From Eledone cirrhosa (Eukaryota): 64,000 bases of DNA. Position numbers and translations under genes: made by a program. Shown in pieces: positions 39,928-53,087 of this stretch; positions within the stretch are counted from its first letter, which is position 1, and every line of letters starts with the position of its first letter. The notes below the pieces were generated by a model that made no database searches, was not told the origin of the DNA, and saw nothing but the letters and a program-made list of their open reading frames with translations. The DNA lies in assembly GCA_964016885.1 (NCBI GenBank), contig OZ024752.1, positions 9,424,001-9,488,000 of the forward strand, written 5' to 3'.

Positions 39928-40087
39928 GGGAGGGTGACATATTGTTATAATATTGCCAGAAATAATAACAGAACACTCACTGTTTGGTTTGGGTTGGTTT
40001 TCGCTTCTGTATCTTTTATATCTCCATAGTTAACTTATCTGGCAATCAATGTTTATCATTGATTGGCCAACGGTTAAAAATACAGAT
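39923..40087 (+). repeat. Dispersed repeat
   Basis: Inverted copies at ~38980-39047 and ~54497-54650. Confidence 0.65.
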
Positions 40088-40235
40088 ATAAATAAATATA
40101 TATAAATATATATATATATATATATGTATTTTTAGTCTATCAAAGTTCTTTTGTCACACATCTGTCACATCATCAGTGGTACTATTATGTTTCCTCTCGT
40201 TGTATTGTAATGCCTACGCCATTATATATATATAC

Positions 40236-40300
<65 letters not shown>

Positions 40301-40306
<6 letters not shown>

Positions 40307-40940
40307 GTTTCTACACTCGGCACAAGGCCAGCAATTACCCAGTGCATTAAATGACTTCTACTATAGGCACAAAGCCAGAAATGTGGGTGAGCGTAAAGTC
40401 GATTAAATCGACCCCACTGCATTACTGGTACTTTATTTTATCGATCCTCTGAGGATGAAAGGCAAAGTTAATCTCGGCGGGATTTGAACTCAGATCCTAA
40501 AGAGACGTAACTACGCTGGAAAGCATGTCCGACTCTTCTACCAATACTGTCAATTCATCGCCCATAATTGTTTCTACTTTTGGCACAAGGCCAGCAATTA
40601 TCCCAGCGTAATACTGGTACTTTATTTTATCGACCCCGTAAGGCAAAGTTAACCTCAGCGGTATTTGAACTCAGACCATAAAGGGCCGTAACTCTTTGCT
40701 GCAAAGCATGGCGTCAGACCCTCTACCGATACTGCCAATCCACCACTACTGCTAGTAATAATAATTGTTTCTATTTTTAGGCACAAGGTCAGCAATTACT
40801 CAGTATATTACTGGTACTTTATTTTATCGACCCCGCAAGATGAAAGGCAAAGTTAACCTCGGCGGGATTTGAACTCAGATCATAAAGGGACGTAACTCTA
40901 TGCTTCAAAGCATGGTGTCCGACTCTCTACCGATACTGTC
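40301..40940 (-). mobile_element. Head-to-tail stack of family A SINEs (3 full plus 1 partial)
   Basis: Family A units repeated in the same orientation. Confidence 0.85.
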
Positions 40941-42220
40941 ATGATGACAAAACGTAACTCTAGCAAGTGTCAACTCAAATTTCTTACAAAGTTACTGTGT
41001 TGTATCAAGTGAAATGAAAGTCTCTTTTCTAGGTTTCTTTCCTTTTGCTTAGAAACAGAGTTGGTCTACTCAGCTTCGTTAATCTCGCTGTTCTCATTCA
41101 GTTTTTATAAAACACGCTGGAAGGCAGCATACCCCTCTATACCCTTCAACCTTCCTCTTCAAGAGGTACTTAACGATGTTAATGAAAGTTAGCAAAATGG
41201 CGACTGGCGTTCCATTTGTTACGCTGTGTGTGTGAATGTGTGTGTATGTTTGTGTGAATGTATGTGTGTGTGTGTGAATGTATGTCTCTGAGTGTGTATT
41301 TTTGTGTGTGTGTTTGCACGTTTATATTTCTATACTCATACATATAAATGTATGCATATGCATACATTTAAGCTCCTTCCTGGCATAACCTACTCACACC
41401 CCGTATCTGTATCAGTGAGCTGCTCAACATTACCAAACCTAGACCAATTACATCAATTGTCAAGTCAAGAGTACACAAACTATACGATCATATAAAAAGA
41501 TCAACTCGTGGTGTGAGTAAGTTATGTCTAGAAGGAAGGCTGGCTGGTAAGAGAAGCAGAGGCCGGCAGCCAAAATGATGGCTTGACAATGTCAACTTAT
41601 GGACTGCACTTGATCTTTGCTCTTTAAACTCTGCTGTTGGTGATCAAACTTTGTGGAGAGAGATATGACATGTTGATGCGCAGTCTGCAACTGGCGGAGT
41701 TTAGAGTCACAAGAAGAAATGCACAAACACACAAGCACACACGCATATATACATATAACGTATCAGCGTGTTGAATAAAATCCTAGTAGTTATTTATTTT
41801 GTTGAAAGAAGTATCAGCAAGTATGTGATTATAAATGGCACATTTCAAACTTCTTTAATTATTGTCATGTATTATTTCCAGTTCTATATAACAAAGTAGA
41901 AAGACAAAGTAAACTGTATATAAAACGAAAGCTGTAATTAATCCTTCATTGGCATAAATTCGAGACTAGTTAGCGTTCATTGTGTTTGTTTTAATATATT
42001 GTATGACTTATTTCAGAGATTTTCATTTTTTCCTGTATACTCGAGATATATTTACATGTCAAAGAAAGTTAAGTAGATAACGTGACAGCCACCCTGCCCA
42101 CCACAGCTGACTTAATGATTGACGATTCGTTTCTGTCAACAGGGATTTGTTCTTTACTTGTTATAAATTAACTACAGTCAAACACGCAACCATTTATGTT
42201 GCATTCTCTTCATTAGCCAT

Positions 42221-42336
<116 letters not shown>

Positions 42337-42367
42337 AATAGTTTATCACTCTACATGGCTGAATACA

Positions 42368-42535
42368 ATAAATGTAATCTGAGATTTTCGAATATTAATA
42401 ATAATATTCGATTCGTTTGCAATTATGCAAACAGCCTCTTTAAAGCCATGTTATTCTACTGACATGGCTTTGAAGAGGCTGTTTGCATAATTGCAAACGA
42501 ATCTAGTATTATTATTGATATCAGATTACATTTAT
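42368..42535. mobile_element. Fold-back element
   Basis: Inverted arms around the TTATTCTACT centre, with an internal GTTTGCA/TGCAAAC hairpin; between (TA)n tracts. Confidence 0.7.
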
Positions 42536-42970
42536 CATATGTGCGTGTGTACTTCATTTGATTAGCTATAAGTATGTATATATATATATATATATATGAG
42601 TGGCAAAGGGTAACCTGCAAATCAGAGGATGCAGTCCAATCGCCATGGCGGTAAGTGGGGCTGTGCAGCCTTACCCCCCCCCCCCACAATTCCCTCTAAA
42701 TGACCCTCCCGGTCAAAGCCGCATGTAGTGTTATCTAGGTGTGTGTGTATGTTATCTTTTTATGTGTCTAAGATTTAGTAAGCAGTCAAAGCTGTCGTGT
42801 GTTTGTGTGTATGTTTTTGTGTGTCTGTGTGTGTGTGTGTGTTATATTTTTTTGTGTCTATACGTTTTAGTAAGCAGCCAAAATTCTGCTTGCTTCAACC
42901 GACGCAATTGATCAACTCAAGATTCTATAACGCATGCACTGCATGCGTTGCATGCACGGACCCTTCGCCC

Positions 42971-43057
<87 letters not shown>

Positions 43058-43059
<2 letters not shown>

Positions 43060-43399
43060 CAAAGAGGATGTGGTAAGATACCAGGTAGATCATAACGCAC
43101 CAGAGTACTCAATACTTAGGGTAGTAGAGTGGGTAATAGGAAAAGAGTCAGGACACCCACGGCTGAGCTCCAGCCGTTTCGACAGCTAGATGCGAACTAA
43201 GCCACCAGTATTAGAACGGCCGGGAATCAGCTAAATTCCAGCCGTTCTAATACTGGTGGCTTAGTTCGGATTTAGCTGTCGAAATGGCCGGAGCTCAGCC
43301 GTCGGGGTCCTGAATCTTTTCCTATTACCCGCTCTACTACCTTAAGTATTGAGTACTCTCGTGCGTCATGATCTACCTGGTATCTTACTACACCTTCTT

Positions 43400-43403
<4 letters not shown>
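43058..43403. mobile_element. 346-bp fold-back element (37193 family)
   Basis: Imperfect ~165-bp inverted arms; GAAA(C/T)GGC.GGAGCTCAGCCGTC; GTATTGAGTAC on both arms; (TA)n flanks. Confidence 0.8.
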
Positions 43404-43453
<50 letters not shown>

Positions 43454-43457
<4 letters not shown>

Positions 43458-44062
43458 TGGCTGCCAACTCGCTTTCGAGTACGGCCACTACTTTATATCC
43501 ATGTAGGAGAACCCCTACCGATGCGTTGAACAAGTGTGACTTTTTAGTCCAGCCAGCGACTTGAAAACTCTGGTACGAACACTAAACTTGTGACAATTAT
43601 TGACACATAGTGCTGGGCCCATGGTAACATGTGACGACACGTGCAGCGAGATCTCTAGATATAAAGCAATGCCTGTGCCGTGAAACTTTTATAGTGAGCA
43701 AAGGCACTGCACAAAGTCAGTCCCACTCTCTTAACCAAATGATATTTACCAAAAAGAAGAACAAGTCAACATCATTGAATACCATCAGTGTTGCAGGTGT
43801 TATATCAGAGTTTTCCTTCTCCTAGAATTCTGCCTCGACAAAGGCTAAGGGGTCATTCCTCCCGGTGATTTTGGATGGCCATTGACTCTTAAGAGCTCCT
43901 AAGCCCTTTGACAGGTTTTGTTTTTAGTCCTGCAGGATCTCCAAAGTCACCCTCCTCACCAAGAAACCTTGGTGGGGTTGCCAGTTTAGTCGCCAAAGAC
44001 CCGACCATGAAACAGGTCGTACTGGGATACATGTTACCAGTAGCACCAACTGGTGACCTGAC
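43454..44062 (-). mobile_element. RTE-derived non-autonomous retroelement
   Basis: Minus strand encodes a C2H2-like end (C..CTRVFKSLAGLKSH) before a (TA)n tail. 3' part duplicated at 60528-60930 and 5' part at 35490-35615. Confidence 0.6.
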
Positions 44063-44092
44063 ATAATATATATATATATATACACACACACA

Positions 44093-44402
44093 CAGTCTGT
44101 TCGCTTTTTACGCGAACTTGAATTACTTGAATTCGCTTTAACGCCTCTTAAAAAAATAATATTAAATATTCACTTTGCGCGATTAACTCGCTATAACGCG
44201 TGTGGTTTAAGAATCTTTTTTATTTATCAGAAATATAATTTAACATTAGAACTAACAAAGGAAATCATCAAAAATAATAATATAATATATATTAGAGTTG
44301 CATTTCCATTAATTTAAATGGGAAAATTAGACTCGAATTATGCGAATTTGTTTTACGCGCCGCGTTCACGAACGCATCGTCGCGTACAAAGCGAACTGGC
44401 TG
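44093..44402. mobile_element. Pogo/Tigger-like MITE
   Basis: 23-bp imperfect TIRs CAGTCTGTTCGCTTTTTACGCGA / TCGCGTACAAAGCGAACTGGCTG|TA. Confidence 0.75.
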
Positions 44403-44434
44403 TATATGTAAAGTATATATAAAGTATAAAGTCG

Positions 44435-44660
44435 CTCTCGAGCTCGCATGCTCATTAGGCCGGTACTGATCCTGGTTTCCATGGTATGAAGTGACTGGAG
44501 TACAAGACTTCCCGCTGGACAGGATGTCAATCTATCGCAGGGTTAAACCCCCAGCTATTGCTGGTCCTCATTTTCAGTTGACTATACTGGAGCAACGTGA
44601 AATGTAGTATTTTGATCAAGAACACAACACCCAACCCAGCCCAGGAATCGAACCCACAAG

Positions 44661-44662
<2 letters not shown>
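44435..44662 (-). mobile_element. CORE-like SINE with a different tail
   Basis: Minus strand GGGTTCGATTCC B-box followed by GTTGTGTTCTTGATCAA..TTCACGTTGCTCCAGT. Confidence 0.65.
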
Positions 44663-44694
<32 letters not shown>

Positions 44695-44827
44695 AGATAC
44701 ACGACGGCATAGCTACACATCTCTCCAAATGGATATTTATATATATATACATATATATACACACACATATATATATACACACTCACACACACATATATAT
44801 ACATACATACATATATACACACACACG

Positions 44828-44920
<93 letters not shown>

Positions 44921-44924
<4 letters not shown>

Positions 44925-45171
44925 TTATTAAAATAAGAGATTAAAGTTTAAGCAAAGAATCGCTGCTTTCACCCTTAACGGGATCTTCTGAAATAACGAA
45001 GTCAATCTGACTAATTGACTTTGTTAGTTTCCGAAGATCCCGTTAAGGGTGAAAGCAGCGATTCTTTGCTTAAACTTTAATCTCTTATTTTAATAAATAT
45101 TTGCTCTAGGGTTCTTATATATTTGATATATATTTATCCTTATCGAGCCCTCTTTGGATTTTAGTCCTCAA

Positions 45172-45174
<3 letters not shown>
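44921..45174. mobile_element. Fold-back element with degenerate hammerhead core
   Basis: Hairpin 44921-45100; C(C/A)GAAGA-T-CCC-GTTAA-GGG-T-GAAA at 45031-45054; stems I and III not evident. Confidence 0.65.
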
Positions 45175-45208
<34 letters not shown>

Positions 45209-45305
45209 ATTAACAGTTTAACAAGGTTCAATAAATTCATCAATGAATACAGTTTCACAATAGATTATAAGCACTCTACAGTGAGGTTTTTTGGAGTTAT
45301 TAATG

Positions 45306-45545
45306 TTACTTCAAAATATTAATAATTATAGACATTCATGTGATCAAATATATTTTATTATACATAATTTAGTCATGGCATGCCATGACTAAATTATAAC
45401 CATCAACATAGTCAAGGTATGTCAAGCATCAACTTATTTTATCTGATGAGGACGTACTGTTGAAATAGCTCAGTATCTCTGAAATATGTATAATAAAATA
45501 TATTTGATCACATGAATGTCTATATTTATTAATATTTTGAAGTAA
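45306..45545. mobile_element. Fold-back element with hammerhead and internal perfect palindrome
   Basis: Arms 45306-45366 / 45485-45545; perfect 34-bp palindrome at 45364-45397. Confidence 0.75.
45435..45500 (+). ncRNA. Type I hammerhead ribozyme
   Basis: TATTTTAT-CTGATGA-GGA..TACTG/CAGTA..TCT-GAAA-TATGT-ATA-ATAAAATA. Stem I is 8 bp, triplet AUA. Confidence 0.75.
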
Positions 45546-45679
45546 TATATCTATATATATATGATATCCCAGAATCATTTCAATCTGTTATACACATTTA
45601 CATTATTAACATTCGGCTAAGTATCAAGATAAAAAAACTTTACTTAAACATTGTTTTACAATTGATTCAACACCACTTC

Positions 45680-45816
<137 letters not shown>

Positions 45817-45856
45817 TATATATATATATTATATATATATTATATATATATTATAT

Positions 45857-45887
<31 letters not shown>

Positions 45888-46464
45888 TATATATTTAAAT
45901 CTCCCTTGCTATATACGATTGAAACTTAATATTTTTATGAGAAGTGCTAAGTTCACATCTTTCCCAAGGTCATCATTGACAGTATTGGAAACAAATAGAG
46001 CTATTTTTTTTTTATTGACACTCAATTCTTTAGACAACAGTATGTTTTAAACGTCAGTAGGAGTTATTTACTTAAAATATATTATTGTGTTGTCTGAAAT
46101 ACAATCTTGTTTTATTCCTGAAAACACTTAGAAAAGAAATCGATATCTTCCTCCTTGTTTAAACGCCATTTTATCGTATTTTCTTAAAACTATTCATTCA
46201 ATCCGCCAAATTCAACAAAAGCCTAAATTCACCTAAAATACTACGTCATCAATTCAACTACTATGTGTCATCTATATATAAATTTGAGCGACTTCAGTTC
46301 GTCCGTCCGTCTGTCTGTCCGTCCGTCCGTCCATCATACACTGGAGGTGACTGAAGAAGGGAGGGGAGATGACATCACATACTAGAGGTGGCTGAGGAAG
46401 GAAGAGGTGATGAAATCACACGCTAGAGGTGACTGAGGAAGGAAGGGGTGATGACGTCACGTAC

Positions 46465-46995
46465 CAGAGGTTCTCAAACGTTTTGGGCCACCGCCCGCTC
46501 TCGCACGGCCACGTAACACCCTCAGCGCCCCCACCCCTATTTCCAGAGAGACCTGCCTACACGCAAATTGTAAATGATATATAATACATAATATAATATA
46601 TAATATAAATAAATATTATATATTTTCTATTTTACTATATTTATATATAATATGTGAAGGTGCGTGGCTGAGTGGTTAGAGAATTGGACTCTCAATCGTG
46701 AGGTTCTCAGTTCGATTCCCGGATCGGGCGATGCGTTATGACCTTGAGCAAGACAGTTTATTTCACATTACTCCTTCTACCTGGAGTTTCGACCGATAGA
46801 TAGTATTAGCAATTGGAAAGACCAATGGAAACATTGTTTCCTCGGTCCGATTTGACGAAAGTCGATCTACTATCGATATATTATTTGATATTTAATATAC
46901 TATTATTTCATCTCTATCGCCCTCTTAGGCTCTAGCGCCCCTATGGACTTTCTCAATGCCTCCAAGGGCGGTAGCGCCCACTTAGAGAACCTCTG
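46465..46995. mobile_element. hAT-like MITE with nested family B SINE
   Basis: TIR CAGAGGTTCTC / GAGAACCTCTG; SINE at 46656-46860; 8-bp TSD not recognisable. Confidence 0.65.
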
Positions 46996-47700
46996 CTTTA
47001 CATGAAAGAAAAAGAAGATGGAATAATTACGCATTAAATGATCTGATTAAACGATAACAATAATATAAAGATTAAGAACAACATTAGCAACAAGAAATAA
47101 ACATTAAAAACACAATTGATCCTCTTTATATGTCTCAGATATTCTAACAGCTTACTGTGCCAAAGTCAATCTAAACATATTTATCTAGAATGGTAAATCT
47201 GACTGACAAGTCCTACTCACATATTTAGCTCTCGCTATAGATGATAAACACAACCACAAGGATATGGTCCGAGCATGGAAGAGCCGAACTCTCACTGTCA
47301 TCGCCTCCATCTCTCTCGCCTTCCCCATCTCTCTGTATTGTGAGCAAATGGGGTCGTCCTACGTGCTGGACAGAATGGAGAAGGCGTTTCCTCGGAAGAT
47401 GGTAAGGGATATGCGCTGGAAGAGCCATTCCAACTCGTGAGGGTCACACCTGCGGCTGGCCAGCTCAGCACCTATGGTGATGAGTAGGGAAGTAGCCCCA
47501 GGGCCAAGATCACCAGAAGTCTCCACTGCTAGGGGTGGCCAGCTCGGCGCCTATGGAGGTGTGCAATAAACACATGATGATGTGACCAGGATCCTACGGA
47601 ACCTGGTCATTGAAATGTGCTTAGTGTTTGCTATTATAAATATTTGAAGGAATCTCACCAGTCCAGCCTCCTGTCATTTTACTCAACATATATATATATA

Positions 47701-48303
47701 TAAGAAAATGAGTTTTTGTTTTAAATGAAAAAAAAAAACGAGATCTCCTACACGAGTGAAAGTATAGATGAAATCGAAAATGCAACTAGAGTCTTTTTAA
47801 GAATACTTATTTCTTTCCTTTACCGGTTTCACAGTTTTTATGCTTTTCATAAGTAGAGTTGAGATGGAGGGTTTGTGATTACCATAAATCCTCCATTGTA
47901 CTTTTGAAAAGCATAAGAACTGTGAAACCGGTAAAGGAAACAAATAAATATTCTTGTAAAGACACCAGCTGCATTTTCGATTTCATCTTTTTTACTTTAT
48001 ATATATATATAAAGTAAAAAAGATGAAATCGAAAATGCAGCTGGTGTCTTTACAAGAATATTTATTTGTTTCCTTTACCGGTTTCACAGTTCTTATGCTT
48101 TTCAAAAGTACAATGGAGGATTTATGGTAATCACAAACCCTCCATCTCAACTCTACTTATGAAAAGCATAAGAACTGTGAAACCGGTAAAGGAAAGAAGT
48201 AAGTATTCTTAAAAAGACTCTAGTTGCATTTTCGATTTCATCTATACTTTCACTCGTGTAGGAGATCTCGTTTTTTTTTTCATTTAAAACAAAAACTCAT
48301 TTT

Positions 48304-48307
<4 letters not shown>
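47701..48307. repeat. ~607-bp near-perfect nested palindrome
   Basis: Centred on (TA)n at ~48004; each arm is itself an imperfect hairpin containing GAAACCGGTA. Confidence 0.92.
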
Positions 48308-48349
<42 letters not shown>

Positions 48350-48914
48350 AAATAAGATTTCGTATCTCCAAAGAAATACGGTTTTAGGAAGCCGTAGCTA
48401 TGCAAACACGGGGGGGGGGGGGGGGCTAGCGCCCTCTGGTGTTGTCCAGCAGAAGCAAGGGGGGACAACCGTCTATGCATTTTAAAGAAATATTATTATA
48501 ATAATAATAATATATATATATATTATTATTATTATTATTAATATTTCTTTAAAATTCAGTATCGCTGGTGATATTTTTACGACAACTGTACCATGAGAAG
48601 ACTCAACAAACCGACTGACAGTTATATCCCATATATTTTAATTTCAATTCTATTAAGCTGTAAATGAACACAAATAGAATTCTGACATCGATTGGAAAAT
48701 ATTTTGTACACGTTGTCAGTGTCACTTGCAGATGGAATCTAAACTGGCGGAAAATTTAATTAAATATTTTTGAATATAATTTCATACTTGTTGTCATTGT
48801 CAGTTTTCTGTCGAAAAGAACATACTGGAGGTATTCATTAAAATTAGAAAACAAAACACAAACAAACTAAAATTTATGGTATTAGACAATTTGTGAAGGA
48901 AATATTAATAAATC

Positions 48915-48919
48915 ATGTG

Positions 48920-48974
<55 letters not shown>

Positions 48975-48999
48975 ATATATATGTTTGTATGTATATTTC

Positions 49000-49049
<50 letters not shown>

Positions 49050-49130
49050 GAAATATACATATATATACATACACATGAAATATACATACATACAAGGGAG
49101 TATATATATATATATATATACATACATAAA

Positions 49131-49209
<79 letters not shown>

Positions 49210-49244
49210 TCATACATACAAGAGAGTATATATATATATGCATG

Positions 49245-49275
<31 letters not shown>

Positions 49276-49481
49276 GCACACACACATATATATATATATG
49301 CACACACACACATATATATATATATGCACACACACGCATATATATATATATATATATGCACACACACACACATATATATATATGCACACACACACACATA
49401 TATATATATGCACACACACACATATATATATATATATACTCACACATATATATATATATACTCGCACATACATACATACAA

Positions 49482-49521
<40 letters not shown>

Positions 49522-49578
49522 TCACACATACATACAAGTATATATATATATACACTCACTCACACTCACACACACACA

Positions 49579-49633
<55 letters not shown>

Positions 49634-49945
49634 GACATAAGACAATTTATAAAGGTACCATGTCAATTCATCTTCAGTTGAAATCACAAAACTATGATGG
49701 AAACGTCGGCACTAATTTCTGATGTGATAACTCTTGTTTTGTTGTCACACTTTATATAACAGAGTAATATAGAGAGGGGCTGCAAGGGAGAGAAGTGAGA
49801 GACAGTGTGTGTGTGAGTGAGTGAGTGAGAGTGAGGGTGAGTGAGTGAGAGAGAGAGAGGGTGAGAGATAAATAATATATATATATATATATATACATAT
49901 ATATATTTTATTTATCTCTCACCCTCTCTATCCACATACGTGTAT

Positions 49946-50001
<56 letters not shown>

Positions 50002-50049
50002 ATATACATATATACACACACACATATATATACATACACATTCATATAT

Positions 50050-50093
<44 letters not shown>

Positions 50094-50213
50094 ATATACA
50101 TATATACATATATACACACACATATATATATACATACACATGCATATATACACACACACATATATATATACATATACACACACACACATATATATACATA
50201 CACATGCATATAT

Positions 50214-50263
<50 letters not shown>

Positions 50264-50420
50264 ATATATATATATATACATACATATATATATATAGAGA
50301 GAGTGGAAGGGAGAGAGTGTGGGCGGAAGAGAGGGAGAGAGAGAGATGGAGAGAGAGATGGAGAGAGAGATGGAGAGAGAGATGGAGAGAGAGAGAGAGC
50401 GAGAGAGAGAGAGAGAAAAT
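48915..50420. repeat. Compound (TA)n/(CA)n/(GA)n microsatellite region
   Basis: Mostly dinucleotide repeats with a short unique interval. Confidence 0.9.
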
Positions 50421-51906
50421 AATTTGATGATAAAAAAAAATGGACGCACATGAGAATTATAATGTAATTCCGGAAGCTATGTTACGGTGTAGTTATTGAT
50501 AATATACATTGAATACAATCTAGTGGCGAATGTAAAATGTCAGGAACTCTCATGCTACGCCAGAGTCGACTCGAGTCATATGTCACAGGTCTGCTGGATT
50601 AGAGCTGATGTCGCTCTAAGTAATAACATTAGCATTAACAACGATGTATGTTATAATGTAAATATATTCTCTTTTGTTGATTAATAGAATACAGAATTGA
50701 TAGAGTCGTTAGAACGTCTGATAGAAAGCTTTATGGTATTCGTTCCGGATTTCTACTATCGGAGTTCAAACCCTGCAGAGGTCAACTTTGCCTTTCATCC
50801 TTTCGAGGTCGATAAAATAAGTACCAGTCTAGCACTGGGGTCTTTTTCTGGAAGAAATCTGCCGTACTCAGCCCTGGAAAGGGATGGGCTCCGCCAGGCT
50901 AAAAATGTCCAAGAAACGCCGTATGTCAATACAGCGCCCCTACGATTCTATCAGGAGTTACTGGACCATACATACATACGTACATACATACATTAACAGA
51001 CCTATTCATTGTACATTTTTGCGCCATTTTGCTGCAGAGACCTTTAATGCAATTGGCTGCTAAGTTGCCGCTCTTCTATCCGAAATTGGGACGAAATGGT
51101 CGTGCCCGATGAAAGACACTTGTGAGATGGAGAGATTGATGTGACGTCTATATCTATCTGCTGTTTGTGCCAACATCTTTGCCATTTTATCCTCGGGTCG
51201 TAGGTGAAATATGCTCATCACAGATTAGAGATTTCTTACGCTGTGTATATTTGGTAAATGGATATATATATTAAAAGTATATATATAAGATACAGAGCTA
51301 AGCGTTGTTTTTTTGAAAATTCGCTTTGTTTACAAACAGCGGAGAATTTGAAAATTCGATAGGGAAATAGAGCTTCCGCCGTATTTTGGTGTAATGGTTA
51401 ACACAGTGGTCATGATAGCCAAATATGTGGGTTCAATGCTCACCCTTTTTTTTTAACTTCAACTATTAGGCTAATTTACTTAGTCAAAAATACGGCGGAA
51501 GTTCTATTTCACTATCTAATATATTAAAAGATATAACCTCTCTCCAAATATGAAGTCAATTTGAAGCAGACGAGAACCACAATGTTTATGAAATAAATGA
51601 CTGAACTGATAAGTTTCAGAAAACATGTACAATGTGGCAGAAATATATAACGGGCAAAGAATGACAAATAAAACAAAACAAAATATATTTCAACATAATA
51701 TTTCGGAGCTATAACCCGCTTTTCGAATGGAAGAACGAAAACGGTTCCAAACAAAACGAACGATTGGTGTGTTCTTTACTAATTGATCTAAGTGTTTAGG
51801 ATATACAAATATATATTATATATATATATATATATATATGAGGTAGAACACTGGAAGGTAATATCCGTAGTGGTAGAGCACTCAGTCCATGGGACGAGTT
51901 AGGTAA

Positions 51907-52009
51907 AAGTGGTAACACAACAGTTAGTTCACCATACCGTACGAGCTGAGGATCCGCCAAGGTGAAACAATGTTGTCGGTATGGTGAACTAACTGTTGTG
52001 TTACCACTT
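51907..52009 (+). ncRNA. Hammerhead core capping a 33-bp perfect stem
   Basis: Arms 51907-51939 / 51977-52009 enclose TACGAG-CTGAGGA-T-CC-GCCAA-GG-T-GAAAC-AATGTT-GTC. Confidence 0.65.
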
Positions 52010-52075
52010 ATATATATATATAGTATAAGAATAAAGGAACAAAGAATCAATGTGTTGCATCATAACATATTTAAT

Positions 52076-52141
52076 AACATATTACATATGTTTCATTGTC
52101 GATCCTGGAATCGAAAGATCCTGAGATATGCCTCAGCATGT
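52076..52141 (-). ncRNA. Variant hammerhead motif
   Basis: Minus strand ACATG-CTGAGGC-(35 nt)-GAAAC-ATAT-GTA-ATATGT; palindromic ACATATGT; between (TA)n tracts. Confidence 0.45.
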
Positions 52142-52149
52142 AAGCTCGT

Positions 52150-52185
<36 letters not shown>

Positions 52186-52525
52186 TTGACGGGACTAGCA
52201 TAAGTATCCCTGCTAGTACCGGTTGCATCTCAGCGTACTTAATAGGTAAGGTTATGTAAACATTTCAGTGTAGATACAAAGTTATATATATAAACAAGAA
52301 TCAGGCTTCACTTGTCAGATCGGACCAAGGAAACGCTGTTTCCATTGGTATCTTCAATTGCTGATACTATCTACTAGTTACAAATCCTGACATATTTTTT
52401 TCTTGTGGACAGAGGTGCCAGTGAGGAATCAAACCCTGCATCCAAGGAATACTGAGTGAGTGCATTAACCATTACACCAAAGTGTTGCTGATCAATTAAT
52501 ATTTAGGCCTGAAAATCTTATTGAT

Positions 52526-53008
52526 TATGATTCAAATATATCTTCAATTCGGTTTTCATGCCAACCCTTACCTATGGTCACGAATCTTGGGTAATGACCA
52601 AAAGAATACGATTGCAAATACAAGTGGCCGAAATGGGGCTCCTCCGAAGGATCTTTGGAGTAACGTTACTCGACAAAGTGCGTAACTCAGAGATCAGAGA
52701 GTCACTCTCAGTAGAAGCACTACTTCTCCGAATTAAGAGACTACAGCTCGGACACTATGGACATGTGGTTAGTATGTCTCAAGAAAGAATGGCTGGCAGG
52801 ATAGATTTTACGAGCAAAACCAACCGGGAGGAGACCCAGGAGTAGATTCGAGCAAGATGGTTGGATAATATCCATGATCTTGGCTGGTCTCACCTGAGGA
52901 TCCAGCCGGATCAATTAGAGACAGTTGCTTCTGACAGGATCCGCTGGAAAGAGTGCTTGAGGATTCTGTCCTCAGGACCCTCTCAGGAATAAGTGGACAA
53001 AGAACAAG
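52526..53008 (+). mobile_element. 5'-truncated RTE-clade LINE (Expander/Rex3-like) with TSD
   Basis: PTLTYGHESWVMTKRIRLQIQVAEMGLLRRIFGVTLLDKVRNSEIRESL..GHVVSM, then frameshifted RWLDNIHDLGWSHL..DRIRWK; 13-bp TSD AAATCTTATTGAT at 52513-52525 and 53009-53021. Confidence 0.88.
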
Positions 53009-53087
53009 AAATCTTATTGATGTTCATTAAAATATATATTTGATACATTTTCATATAGCTATATACCAATATTATTACAGTAGAACA

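Noticed and set aside
42455-42500. TTGAAGA plus hairpin as a hammerhead
   Set aside because: No properly placed GAAA-stem III-NUH follows; kept only as a fold-back repeat.
48479-48555. AT-only hairpin
   Set aside because: Mostly low-complexity (AAT)n/(ATT)n symmetry with no further motif.
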